DNA from: Thermoproteota archaeon
Lineage (GTDB): Archaea > Korarchaeota > Korarchaeia > Korarchaeales > Korarchaeaceae
Length of the DNA: 27,118 nt
Reading direction: 5' to 3'
Assembly (NCBI GenBank): GCA_037917625.1
Contig: JAVCBY010000104.1
Span: 1-27,118, forward strand
Positions 8,486 through 18,084 of the stretch are shown piece by piece. Numbering within the stretch: the stretch's first letter is position 1; every line of letters begins with the position of its first letter. The translations under genes and the position numbers were made by a program. The notes beneath the pieces are model-generated. The model had not been told where the DNA came from and did no database searches. It saw only the letters and a list, made by a program, of their open reading frames with translations.

Positions 8486-8890
8486 TCAAACTACCTCTAT
8501 CCCGAACCTAGGGGCTATCGAGTTCAGGAAGTAATCTATAGCGAATAGGACTGAGTCGAACCTAGAGGAGAATGACTCCTTATTCAGCCCGCTGATGGGT
8601 ATCGTGGTGCTCGCCCCTAAGTTACCTTCGTCATCTAAGTGGTACCTGACCTCCGCTAAGGCATAGTGGACATTGAGGAGTGCTTTGTAAAACTCAGTGT
8701 CATCTCTCAACCTCTCTCTATCAATTATGTTTGCCGTTATAGTTACCCAATCCTCGCCCACGAGTACAGCTACCATATAGCTGCCCTCACCTATCTTCCA
8801 GAGGGAGGCGAAGTAGCCCTCACCCCTCTGATACCTGACCCCCATCTCGGAGAGGTAACCCTCTATCTCGTCCATCGGATCGGATGACAA
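8486..8890 (-). CDS. YbjN/CesT-like (type III chaperone fold) domain protein
   Basis: 134 aa acidic protein with the pattern FYKALLNVH...RYHLDDEGNL. GGAGGTG-N5-TTG start. Confidence 0.65.
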   Translation of the reverse strand: MSSDPMDEIEGYLSEMGVRYQRGEGYFASLWKIGEGSYMVAVLVGEDWVTITANIIDRERLRDDTEFYKALLNVHYALAEVRYHLDDEGNLGASTTIPISGLNKESFSSRFDSVLFAIDYFLNSIAPRFGIEVV

Positions 8891-8916
8891 CTCAACACCT
8901 CCCCACTGCGCGATAA

Positions 8917-9465
<549 letters not shown>

Positions 9466-9469
9466 TCTC

Positions 9470-9997
9470 TTGCTACTAATAGGAGTGATGGGGAGCAGAA
9501 GAGAGATCCTCATAAAGCCCTTAATCAGGGCTTTCACGAACAGGAGCTATAGAGTAGCTGCAGTGACGCAGACTAGGAGAGTTAGAGTACCGGATGAACT
9601 TAAGGACCTAGCGGAAGCCGGTTCTAGCCTAAGGATAGCATGCTCCATCGATAGAGTTCTTATCTCATCGAATTTTCCATTGAAAGGGCTCGATGATATT
9701 GTGAAAGCGATATCTTCTCTCTCCCCGATAGAGCCAGATGTAATATTTTTCTTCGGATTTGAGGATATTTTAGGTAGGGAAGATAGAATATTGAAAGTGA
9801 TAACTGCCGGCAGCCCTCCTGAAGCTGAGCAACTCCTCGGGAGGATCTCACAACCTATAGTAGGCATATATGTAGAGAGAGGAGACTTTGAAGGAGGATT
9901 CAAGGATCTAGATAGATTGATAGGGGCTTTAATTGAGGAAGGGATTAAAAGAAGGCTTTTACAACCTCCCCCATTGGGGACCAAATTGGAAAGTTAA
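9470..9997 (+). CDS. MobB-like protein with degenerate P-loop
   Basis: IGVMG...LIRAFTNRSYRVAAV, LAEAGS and DVIFFFGF follow the MobB layout, but there is no SGKTT. GAGGTG-N5-TTG start. Confidence 0.55.
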   Translation: MLLIGVMGSRREILIKPLIRAFTNRSYRVAAVTQTRRVRVPDELKDLAEAGSSLRIACSIDRVLISSNFPLKGLDDIVKAISSLSPIEPDVIFFFGFEDILGREDRILKVITAGSPPEAEQLLGRISQPIVGIYVERGDFEGGFKDLDRLIGALIEEGIKRRLLQPPPLGTKLES

Positions 9998-10034
9998 GCT
10001 TAATATTGGCGAGAGTATCGCTAGGGGGATTAAG

Positions 10035-10352
10035 ATGCTGGCACTCAGCTTAGAGGTGACTGAAGTTAGGAAGACGCAATCGGGCATAGTGCTCTCATTG
10101 AGCAGGCCGAGTGGTATAGAGGAGATCCCTCCCCCAGAAAGTGAGGAGGAAGCGATGATGTTCCAAGTGATGAGAGCTATGGAGAAGTACATGAGGCTGC
10201 CCATCCCAATAGCTCAGCCATCTGTACCCACGGTTACTATAGTACTGAATGAGGAGGAGTATGATAGGATAGGTAGGCCTACGGTTGGGGATAGCTTGAG
10301 GTTGGTCATCTCTAAGGAAGAGGGTGGATTCAGGGTAGGTGTGGATTATTAA
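10035..10352 (+). CDS. Small protein resembling arcadin-1
   Basis: 105 aa from ATG 10035 (GGGGG RBS). C-terminal TIVLNEEEYDRIGRPTVGDSLRLVI and a central amphipathic helix resemble crenarchaeal arcadin-1. Similarity is from memory, not computed. Confidence 0.5.
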   Translation: MLALSLEVTEVRKTQSGIVLSLSRPSGIEEIPPPESEEEAMMFQVMRAMEKYMRLPIPIAQPSVPTVTIVLNEEEYDRIGRPTVGDSLRLVISKEEGGFRVGVDY

Positions 10353-10383
10353 AGTTTAATTAGCTTCAAAGGGATAACTCTTT

Positions 10384-10698
10384 ATGTCATTGGATGATGC
10401 CATCACGATAAGCAAGAGGGGAAAGAGGGAGTTAAGGACCTTAGTATCTAGGGGGAGGTTCGCTCTCATTGAGTACAGAGACCCAGTGACGAAAGAGAGA
10501 ACGGAAGATAAATATAAGCTCGTTCTATTACATGATGATGGAAGTGTTCAGGAGTTCTTCTTGGTGAAGACGAAGACCGAGGGAAGGAGCTTGCTCCTCG
10601 AACCTAAGGAGAGGAAGGGGGTGGAGCTCAAAGTATGGAACCCCGTGAGCGGGGAAGTTGAGGATATGTTCCCTGAAAGGGCGTCCTCCCAAAAATGA
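10384..10698 (+). CDS. Hypothetical protein (104 aa, charged, probably beta-rich)
   Basis: Genome-typical codon use, fills the gap, and has a TTTAAT TATA-like element about 25 nt upstream. Confidence 0.75.
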   Translation: MSLDDAITISKRGKRELRTLVSRGRFALIEYRDPVTKERTEDKYKLVLLHDDGSVQEFFLVKTKTEGRSLLLEPKERKGVELKVWNPVSGEVEDMFPERASSQK

Positions 10699-10773
10699 AT
10701 AGCAATCTGACTTTACCGAAGATCGTATAGTGTGCGAAAAATTTCGCCGGCAATCTCGAGGATTCAACCTGTT

Positions 10774-10787
10774 GAAAAGAAAAAGGA
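10774..10787 (-). terminator. Probable oligo-T archaeal terminator after the CBS gene
   Basis: Minus strand reads TCCTTTTTCTTTTC immediately after the stop codon. Confidence 0.5.
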
Positions 10788-11222
10788 TTAAGCTTGACCC
10801 GTCATGAGTTGCATCAGCATCATGACGGCATCTAGGACATCTCTCACAGCAATCACACCAACTGGCTTATTCTCCTTATCGACGACTGGTAAATGCTTCA
10901 CATCAGCGTCCCTCATTTTCCTAAGAGCCTCTGTGATTGGCTCATTCGGAGTTATCGTTATCGGATTTTCTGTCATCAGCATGTGGATCGGGATCCCCTT
11001 CCCTATCTTACCGTTAGCAGCCGCGAACCTCAGATCCCTATCAGTGAATATTCCAATAAGTTTTCCATTATTATCAACCACTAATATACTACTTATCCTC
11101 TTTTCGTCCATTATTTTAGCAGCTTCTTCAACGGCAGCGTCCATCTTGATTGTGATCGCGGGTGTCGTCATCACGTCCTCTACCCTCAGGGGTAACTCCC
11201 TCTTCCTCTTCACGAAGGCCAT
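10788..11222 (-). CDS. Tandem CBS-domain protein
   Basis: VEDVMT...GIFTDRD and MLMTENPITI...HLPVVD...GVIAVRD. GGTG-N5-ATG. Confidence 0.93.
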   Translation of the reverse strand: MAFVKRKRELPLRVEDVMTTPAITIKMDAAVEEAAKIMDEKRISSILVVDNNGKLIGIFTDRDLRFAAANGKIGKGIPIHMLMTENPITITPNEPITEALRKMRDADVKHLPVVDKENKPVGVIAVRDVLDAVMMLMQLMTGQA

Positions 11223-11528
11223 GGTATCACCCGCTTATTGATCAACGGAATATTTTAAATGTGATGACGGTGGATTCCCGATTTACTACGTTAAATATTT
11301 GCCGCGATCCATAGTTGAATTATATTTAACTGTGAAGTGGGTTGAGCAATCAATAACTTCCATAGGAGCTCTCGCATTTATCTTTTACTAATATTTGGAA
11401 TACCTGCATTTTATATAGATGACCTTTTAGAAATAAAATTGATAATTAATCTTGAGAGGATATCGCGGACGGTGAGGGGCATACCCAGCCAATATTATTT
11501 TTCACATGTGTATGATGCAGAGATGCCT

Positions 11529-11933
11529 ATGGGTAGAGTATCTAGAACAGCTATATCTGTGCCGAGGGAACTCTTGAGCGATCTGGATGATCTCCTCTCT
11601 CATCTGAATTTAAAGAGCAGATCTAAAGCGATATCTGAAGCCATAACCCTCTATATCGCTGAGAGGTACTGGGTCCTCTCCGATGTGGAGAAGGAAGTTG
11701 CTGGTACGATAATAATGGTTTACGATCATCATAAGGAAAGCGACATCACGGAAGTCCAGCATAAATACTTAGATCTGGTGAGATCGACATCACATGTGCA
11801 CATCGACGAGGAGAGGTGCATGGAGGTCGTAATGGTCTTAGGACCTCTCTCTAGGATCAGGGAGCTCTTCAAGGAGCTTCAAGCCCTCGGTACTGCTGAA
11901 GTCCTTAAATCTTTCCTGATTCCTAGAGGATGA
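11529..11933 (+). CDS. nikR: Nickel-responsive transcriptional regulator NikR
   Basis: RHH N-terminus (RTAISVP...SRSKAISEAI), YDHH, QH, and HVH...CMEV Ni ligands. Start at ATG 11523 or 11529 rather than 11439. Confidence 0.93.
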   Translation: MGRVSRTAISVPRELLSDLDDLLSHLNLKSRSKAISEAITLYIAERYWVLSDVEKEVAGTIIMVYDHHKESDITEVQHKYLDLVRSTSHVHIDEERCMEVVMVLGPLSRIRELFKELQALGTAEVLKSFLIPRG

Positions 11934-12722
11934 GAACGCTCCCTTGAGGGTATTTATCAGATCTTCGAGCCTTAGAGGGCATTCATCGAGGAACTGAGAT
12001 ATCTCCTTGCATATCCTCACTGTCGTAGGGGCTCTCACACCTATTTCCTCTAGCGGAGCCTCATATAAAACGTCTACACTCCCTCCTAAGACTAGCCTCC
12101 CTCTATTAAATATATATACCTTATCCGCGACTTCCGAGACAAGATCAGAGTCCTGAGTGGCTATTACCACTATTTTTCCCCTTCCCTTGAGCTCCCTCAG
12201 TACCTCCCTAAGGGCCTCCATGCCCCTCAGATCCAGGGATGAGGAAGGTTCATCCAGTAAGTATATCTCGGGGTCCAGAGCTATGAGGCCTGCGAGTGCG
12301 ACCCTAGCGATTTCTCCCCCACTAAGCCTGAAGGGCGATCTTTCCTCGAAACCTAGGAGCTCAAGTGTTTCTAATGCTTCCTTGACCCTCCTCTCTATCT
12401 CCTGAGATCCCAATCTGAGTTGCTTCGGCCCTAAGGAGACATCCTCACCCACAGTCGGAGCGATTAACTGATCCGATGGGTTTTGGAAGAGGATACCGCA
12501 TATTCTCCTGTAATTCTTCCCTAAGTTCTCCCCATCGAGCGTTATAAATCCTGAAGTAGGCTTTATGAGACCTGCTAGTAGTAAGAGGAGCGTGCTCTTC
12601 CCCGATCCATTGGGACCAAGGAGGCAAACTATTTCACCTGAGGAAATGCAAAGGTTAACGTCTTCTATAGCTTTAGTCCCATCCGGATACGAATAACTCA
12701 CGTTGTTCGCGCACAACTTCAT
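11838..12722 (-). CDS. nikO: ECF transporter ATPase (NikO/CbiO)
   Basis: YSYPDG, GPNGSGKST, FQNP, LSGGE, LLDEP. The H-switch reads ATQD. Confidence 0.9.
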   Translation of the reverse strand: MKLCANNVSYSYPDGTKAIEDVNLCISSGEIVCLLGPNGSGKSTLLLLLAGLIKPTSGFITLDGENLGKNYRRICGILFQNPSDQLIAPTVGEDVSLGPKQLRLGSQEIERRVKEALETLELLGFEERSPFRLSGGEIARVALAGLIALDPEIYLLDEPSSSLDLRGMEALREVLRELKGRGKIVVIATQDSDLVSEVADKVYIFNRGRLVLGGSVDVLYEAPLEEIGVRAPTTVRICKEISQFLDECPLRLEDLINTLKGAFSSSRNQERFKDFSSTEGLKLLEELPDPRERS

Positions 12723-13457
12723 TTAAGCACCCAGGAAGACGGGGACTAAGTAAGAAAAGGCTATCGCCACTAGAATCGAAGTATCTCTAAAGCTATTCCT
12801 CATCTCGAGATCTAGCGATCTCGCTTCTATGACGAGAGATGCCTTAAAGGCATCATTGGGCCCTCTGAAGAAGAGCTCGGATGCTGCAATTGAAAGCGTA
12901 TCATATAAGCTCCCCTCTATGATCCTAGATGCCTTAGCTAAGATTAGTCCGCTCAATGACCTCAAGTACCTCCCTATATGGATCATCATTATCTCAAATG
13001 CTAACCCGAGATCCCCACCTAAAATCGGTCCAGTCAGCTTACTGATACCGGCTATCACCCTCCTGATGCCCAGAAGTCGTATTAAGAAACTGAGGACCAT
13101 TATGGAAGTAGCTACCCTCAAGGGCACTATTAAAGCCTCGATAATCGCTTCTACTGACCCTAAAGCTCTAGGGATCATTATTATCAGGGAGAAGAGGAAC
13201 CAGAGCGAGGATATCCTCAGCGATCTCACCAGATCCCTGAAGCCGCATAAGGAGTAGAGTAGAATCGATGTTAAAAGAAATGAGAGGATTAGTTGGGTGT
13301 GTTTGACTGAGAATGCGGAGATTGAAACTGAAAAAAGGCATAGGAGGAAGGAGAGAACTGGATTAGCATTTAACCTACCTGTTAAACTTTCCATCGATAA
13401 TAACCAATCGGAGAAAGCTCTGATAAGACCATTGAAGGCCTTATCTATTTCCCTCAA
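12723..13457 (-). CDS. nikQ: ECF transporter transmembrane T component (NikQ/CbiQ)
   Basis: Hydrophobic protein with ASR and EAR coupling motifs, located between nikN and nikO. Confidence 0.8.
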   Translation of the reverse strand: MREIDKAFNGLIRAFSDWLLSMESLTGRLNANPVLSFLLCLFSVSISAFSVKHTQLILSFLLTSILLYSLCGFRDLVRSLRISSLWFLFSLIIMIPRALGSVEAIIEALIVPLRVATSIMVLSFLIRLLGIRRVIAGISKLTGPILGGDLGLAFEIMMIHIGRYLRSLSGLILAKASRIIEGSLYDTLSIAASELFFRGPNDAFKASLVIEARSLDLEMRNSFRDTSILVAIAFSYLVPVFLGA

Positions 13458-13719
13458 CTTTCCCCCTCTTTATCAAAGCGGGGAGCAGTAAGAGTGAGAC
13501 GCCGACAAATCCAGCTACGATGTAACCTAGCTCATCTGGTAGCCCTGGAACTGTGTAATCCGGGAATATCCCACTCCATAGGGGCTCAGATTCCTCAATC
13601 CCTATCATCTCAGCTGCCAAGTCCAGGGGCTCCTTATAACCGACGATATTAGCTCCTATCACACCGAAGAGTGGGCTTATGAGCACAAGTATAATTATCG
13701 CGATGTAACTCCTCCTCAT
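13441..13719 (-). CDS. nikN: NikN-like (PDGLE-domain) small membrane component
   Basis: Two TM helices with EPLD and PDYTVPG. Confidence 0.8.
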   Translation of the reverse strand: MRRSYIAIIILVLISPLFGVIGANIVGYKEPLDLAAEMIGIEESEPLWSGIFPDYTVPGLPDELGYIVAGFVGVSLLLLPALIKRGKVEGNR

Positions 13720-14330
13720 CTTATCAACCCCCTGGCTGAGAGGTAGCTCACTAAGAGGCCAGTGGCTATGCCCTCAATTACGCCTAGGGCGAAGTGCCAT
13801 ATCCCCATCACAGGGACTGTGATGCTCAGGGGATAGCCGAAGCTGGGGGATAGACCTAGTTCTAAACCGCAAGTTATCGCTGCCAGCGTTATCCCTATCC
13901 AACCTCCCAGAAAAGCGGCTAAGGACTTCCTATTCTCCCCTAGATACTTCAAACTGACTTTATATATCGCGTAACCTGCGAAGACATCCACTACTGCCAT
14001 GTTGAACGCGTTAGCTCCTAAAGCTGTGATACCGCCGTCGCCCATCAAGAGGCACTGAACGACTAAGTTCATGAACATAGCTAAACAAGCTCCGAATGGG
14101 CCTAGAAACATAGATGCGAATGCACCTCCGACGAAATGTGCAGATGTACCTCCAGGAATCGGCCAATTGAGCATTTGGGCTGCGAAAATTGCTGCAGCCA
14201 TTACAGAGAGGTAGTATACCCCTCCTCCTTCCTTGAAGTACCTCCTACCTGCGTAGATGACGATAGCTAGCGATATGACGTAGAGAGCGAGGGATAATAG
14301 CGGATCCAGGAAGCCGTCCGGGATATGCAT
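13716..14330 (-). CDS. nikM: ECF substrate-binding S component NikM/CbiM, nickel type
   Basis: N-terminal MHIPDG metal-binding motif, GGTSAH, GDGGITALGAN. Confidence 0.93.
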   Translation of the reverse strand: MHIPDGFLDPLLSLALYVISLAIVIYAGRRYFKEGGGVYYLSVMAAAIFAAQMLNWPIPGGTSAHFVGGAFASMFLGPFGACLAMFMNLVVQCLLMGDGGITALGANAFNMAVVDVFAGYAIYKVSLKYLGENRKSLAAFLGGWIGITLAAITCGLELGLSPSFGYPLSITVPVMGIWHFALGVIEGIATGLLVSYLSARGLIR

Positions 14331-14346
14331 GATACCATCACCTGCT

Positions 14347-14381
14347 CTCAGTAATACCGTTAACTTAAAAATATTACTGAG
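14347..14381. promoter_or_regulatory. Probable NikR operator overlapping the nikM TATA box
   Basis: Perfect inverted repeat CTCAGTAATA-N15-TATTACTGAG. The spacer contains TTTTTAAG on the minus strand. It ends 16 nt before the nikM ATG. Confidence 0.8.
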
Positions 14382-14440
14382 GATAGCGATCTGTAATAAC
14401 TTGATGAAGGACTAGCCTCCTCCAAATTTCACGAATCGAT

Positions 14441-15580
14441 CTAGATATCATCAGTTATACCGCTCAAAAACTCACCACTACCGTACTTAGCCCATATGAG
14501 GCAAGTTCCCTCTCCAGAGACCATGCAGGGACCATATGGACTCTCAGGCTTGCATACCTTCATGAACAGAGGACATTCCGTGGGCTTAGCTATCCCCAAG
14601 GTTATCTCAGTGCATTTACAACCAGGTAGAGAATCGTTATACCACTCCTCCTTGGAGATCTCCTTAATCCCATATCTCCTGAAGGCATCATACTCCTTGA
14701 ATTCCTCCTTAAGTGCTAATCCGCTCTTAGGGACGAACCCTATGCCTCTCCAAGCCGCATCAACTATATCGCTAGTTTCCTCCATTATTTTCAGGGCCCT
14801 CTCATTACCCGAGGCTTTAACAGCTCTAGAGTACTCATTGAAGAGCCTAACTTCTCCCTTATCTATCTGCCTCACTATCTCCAGTATCGAGAGTAGAACG
14901 TCTATGGGCTCGAAGCCCGAGATAACTATAGGGATCCCATACCCCTCAGCCACGAACCTCCAGACATCAGCTCCAGTTATCGTTGAGACATGGCCCGGGG
15001 CTATTATCCCTCTTATCGGCGAGCTAGGGTAGTTCTCCAGGACGTACCTCATTATCGGGGGTGTTAACCTATGAGCTATGATGAAGCTCAGGTTTTCAGG
15101 CAACTTCCTAGAGTTTATTGGACCTAAAGTCGCTGGAGCAGTAGTTTCGAACCCTACTCCGAAGAATATCGATTCTTTACCGTCTTTAGCTATACTTATT
15201 GCATCTAAGACGCTATAAACGATCTTAACATCCGCACCCTCTTGTTTCGCTTCCTCTAAACTCCTCGGCAATCCTCTTGCTCTGGTCCCCATGAGCCTGA
15301 AGGCATCTCCGAAAGTCATCACTCTAATGCCCTCTCTCGCTAGTTTAACTGCAGCATCCACGTAGTAAGCTGGTGTTATGCACACAGGGCAGCCGGGCCC
15401 AGCAATTAGCTCAATTTCCTCTGGCATGAGATACCTTACACCGTAATGAGTTATCGTCCACTCATGAGTCCCACAGAAGTTCATTATCTTTACGCTTCCA
15501 ACTCTCTTAGCTATCTCCCTTATCTTAGAGGCTATCTTAGAAGCTGGTTCATCGCTCCTCAGATAAGTCAGTGATCTCAT
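14441..15580 (-). CDS. hypD: Hydrogenase maturation protein HypD
   Basis: CGTH, GPGCPVC, GFETT, PGHVS, GPCMVSGEGTC. Confidence 0.97.
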   Translation of the reverse strand: MRSLTYLRSDEPASKIASKIREIAKRVGSVKIMNFCGTHEWTITHYGVRYLMPEEIELIAGPGCPVCITPAYYVDAAVKLAREGIRVMTFGDAFRLMGTRARGLPRSLEEAKQEGADVKIVYSVLDAISIAKDGKESIFFGVGFETTAPATLGPINSRKLPENLSFIIAHRLTPPIMRYVLENYPSSPIRGIIAPGHVSTITGADVWRFVAEGYGIPIVISGFEPIDVLLSILEIVRQIDKGEVRLFNEYSRAVKASGNERALKIMEETSDIVDAAWRGIGFVPKSGLALKEEFKEYDAFRRYGIKEISKEEWYNDSLPGCKCTEITLGIAKPTECPLFMKVCKPESPYGPCMVSGEGTCLIWAKYGSGEFLSGITDDI

Positions 15581-17873
15581 CGAGATCCCTCCAGAGCATA
15601 GAAGCGACCTGCCCTAAAGCTATTCCCCCATCCCCAGCCGGTACCATCGAGTTCAACTTAACCTTAACTTTGAATCCCTTTAGGGAATCCTCTATCCCCT
15701 TTATGAGGATCGAGTTGACGGCAGCGCCTCCGGATACGAAGACAGCATCGTAATCGCTCCGACTTAAGTATTTAGATGAGAGTTCACCTAAGGAGTAACC
15801 CAACAAGTATATGGAGGTATAAGCCAGATCTTCCTTCCTTCCCTCAGCTCCCAGCAACCTCTCAATGAACTCACTCGTATCTATTACGCTTCCCCTTATC
15901 TCAGGCGGTTCCATCCTCAACAAGCTACCTTTTGCAGCTGCCTCTAGCTTCATAGCTGGCTCCCCCTCGTAAGTCCTCTCGAGGCATATCCCTAGCAAGG
16001 AGCTTATCGCATCCAAGACCCTACCCACGCTTGAGATCATGGGACATTTACCTCTAGCTTGCGTTAAAGAGATCCTAGCCTCTCCCTCCCCCTTGGGGAG
16101 CCCCTTCAACAGATCTCTCCTCCTCAATAGATCTAGGATCTCATCATCACTCATGAACGTACTTAAGATCCCTATGAGCATCCTCACGGGGTAAATAGTA
16201 GCTCTATCACCACCTGGCATCGGCTGGGGCCTCAAGTGCCCCACTCTCTCGTAATCCGAGAAGCTAGAGATCATCACCTCCCCGCCCCAGAGCGTCCCAT
16301 CATCCCCCATCCCGAGCCCATCGACAGCTATCCCTAGCACCTTCCTCGAGGGCTCCACCCTCTCCTCCGCCATCACTGAGCATATATGGGCGTGGTGATG
16401 TTGAACTTCAATGAATGAGCTCCCATGAGCCTCAGCCCATGCCTCAGCTAATCTCCTGGAGGAGTAGCCTTTATGCATATCCGCGACTATCACCGCCTTA
16501 GGGAGCTCTATCTTATACACATTTGAGAAGAACCTGAGCATCCTATCCAAGAACTCTAAATTCTCCAGTTCATCAGTATCCCCTATGAATTGTGTCAGAA
16601 TTGCTTTATCCCTGAAGGCAACTGCTCCAGCATTCTGAAGCTCAGCACCGAAGGCTATGACTGGCTTACTCAAGGTGGAGGGGAGCCTTATCCACATAGG
16701 GGCGTATCCCCTACCCCTCCTCAGCATAGTAACTCTATTTCCAGTGAACCTGATGACGCTATCATCAACTCTATTGACTATCTCCCTATTATGATGCAGG
16801 AAGTAATCTACTATTGGGGATAGCCTTTCTCTAGCGCACTCAACACTAGTGCACATCGGTTTATTGTGCTCGTTACCGCTCGTCATTATCAGTATCTGAT
16901 CCCTCACCTCCTTGAGGAGCATGTGATGGAGAGCTGTGTAAGGCAGCATTACCCCTATCAGGTCTAGCCCCGGAGCAATTAGCTCTGAAAGGCCTCCCTT
17001 CGAGGGCATCAGCACTATGGGTCTCTCAGGACTCGTTAATAGGTTCCTAGCTATCTCATCGACTACTGCATATCTCTCAACTACTTCAACGCTTAGAGCC
17101 ATGAGGGCGAAGGGTTTCGATGGCCTTCTCTTTCTCTCCCTGAGCTTCCTAACTACTTCATCATCCGTAGCGAGGCAAGCTATATGGTAGCCCCCCAGAC
17201 CTCTTATCGCTAAAATCTTCCCCTCATCCAGGAGCTTAGCAGCATCCCTTATCGGATCCTCTGAATCTATCTTTTCCCCATAGCTGTCCTCCATCCACAG
17301 TTCGGGCCCGCATTTCGGGCAGGATATCCCCTGAGCGTGGAACCTCCTAAGATTCTCCCTATCCTTATACTCCCTCTCACAATCCTCACATAGCTTGAAC
17401 TCTAGCATCGATGTCTTCTCCCTATCATAGGGCACGCCCCTCATGATGGAAAACCTGGGGCCGCACCACGCACAACTATTGAAAGCATACCTATAATGCC
17501 TATCATTAGGATCGTAAATCTCAGCTAAGCAATGATCGCATATACTGAAATCAGGGGGTATCATAGAATATAGCTCAGCCTCTTTAGCGCTTGGGAGTAT
17601 GGAGAATCCCTCTAAGTTATCTGCCTGAGTGAACTTTATCAGGACCTCTTCTAGCCTAGCTGGAGGTGGTTTTTCGTCAAAAAGAGCCTTTAAAAAAGAG
17701 GAAATCAATGAATAGTTCCCTTCAACCCTTATCTCTACCTCACTCCCTCCCATGTTCCTCACATAACCAGCGAGTTGATACCTTGAAGCTAGCCTATGTA
17801 CGAAGGGCCTGAACCCCACCCCTTGGACGATCCCAGAGACCCTGATGTCCAATGCAACACGATCTTTTAGCAT
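15549..17873 (-). CDS. hypF: Carbamoyltransferase HypF
   Basis: GIVQGVGFRPF acylphosphatase domain, Zn-finger CxxC pairs, YrdC-like domain, QHHHAH, PAGDGGIALGQ. Confidence 0.97.
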   Translation of the reverse strand: MLKDRVALDIRVSGIVQGVGFRPFVHRLASRYQLAGYVRNMGGSEVEIRVEGNYSLISSFLKALFDEKPPPARLEEVLIKFTQADNLEGFSILPSAKEAELYSMIPPDFSICDHCLAEIYDPNDRHYRYAFNSCAWCGPRFSIMRGVPYDREKTSMLEFKLCEDCEREYKDRENLRRFHAQGISCPKCGPELWMEDSYGEKIDSEDPIRDAAKLLDEGKILAIRGLGGYHIACLATDDEVVRKLRERKRRPSKPFALMALSVEVVERYAVVDEIARNLLTSPERPIVLMPSKGGLSELIAPGLDLIGVMLPYTALHHMLLKEVRDQILIMTSGNEHNKPMCTSVECARERLSPIVDYFLHHNREIVNRVDDSVIRFTGNRVTMLRRGRGYAPMWIRLPSTLSKPVIAFGAELQNAGAVAFRDKAILTQFIGDTDELENLEFLDRMLRFFSNVYKIELPKAVIVADMHKGYSSRRLAEAWAEAHGSSFIEVQHHHAHICSVMAEERVEPSRKVLGIAVDGLGMGDDGTLWGGEVMISSFSDYERVGHLRPQPMPGGDRATIYPVRMLIGILSTFMSDDEILDLLRRRDLLKGLPKGEGEARISLTQARGKCPMISSVGRVLDAISSLLGICLERTYEGEPAMKLEAAAKGSLLRMEPPEIRGSVIDTSEFIERLLGAEGRKEDLAYTSIYLLGYSLGELSSKYLSRSDYDAVFVSGGAAVNSILIKGIEDSLKGFKVKVKLNSMVPAGDGGIALGQVASMLWRDLDEITDLSEER

Positions 17874-18084
17874 CAGCTCGCCGCTAACACTAGTCCTAGA
17901 GAGATTTAAATAATTATCGTGGCTTAAGTAGGGATCTGAATTTTGTTATGGTTCAATCATGTTTTGGAGAACTTCCTTTAGGCTCTACAACCCCGAGGGA
18001 ATCAAGGATCAAAGACTCAGCTGAATTTCCTGAGGGATGTGAATGATTATATTTGAAGGGATCTCCACCACTAGAGTGGGAATA

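Noticed and set aside
9933..10034. N-terminal extension of the arcadin-like ORF
   Set aside because: It overlaps the upstream gene; ATG 10035 has a G-rich RBS.
10734..10776. Two 6-2-6 palindromes (GCGAAA-AA-TTTCGC, TTCAAC-CT-GTTGAA), with another at 6354-6367
   Set aside because: Short, unrelated in sequence, with loops too small for stable hairpins. Compatible with chance or termination regions.
11261..11330. Possible C/D box sRNA starting with GTGATGA
   Set aside because: No CTGA D box at a suitable distance.
11439..11522. N-terminal extension of NikR
   Set aside because: The NikR RHH strand starts a few residues after ATG 11523/11529; the extension is promoter-like sequence.
18043..18084. 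N-terminal extension of HypA
   Set aside because: HypA needs an N-terminal MHE for nickel binding, which fixes the start at 18085.
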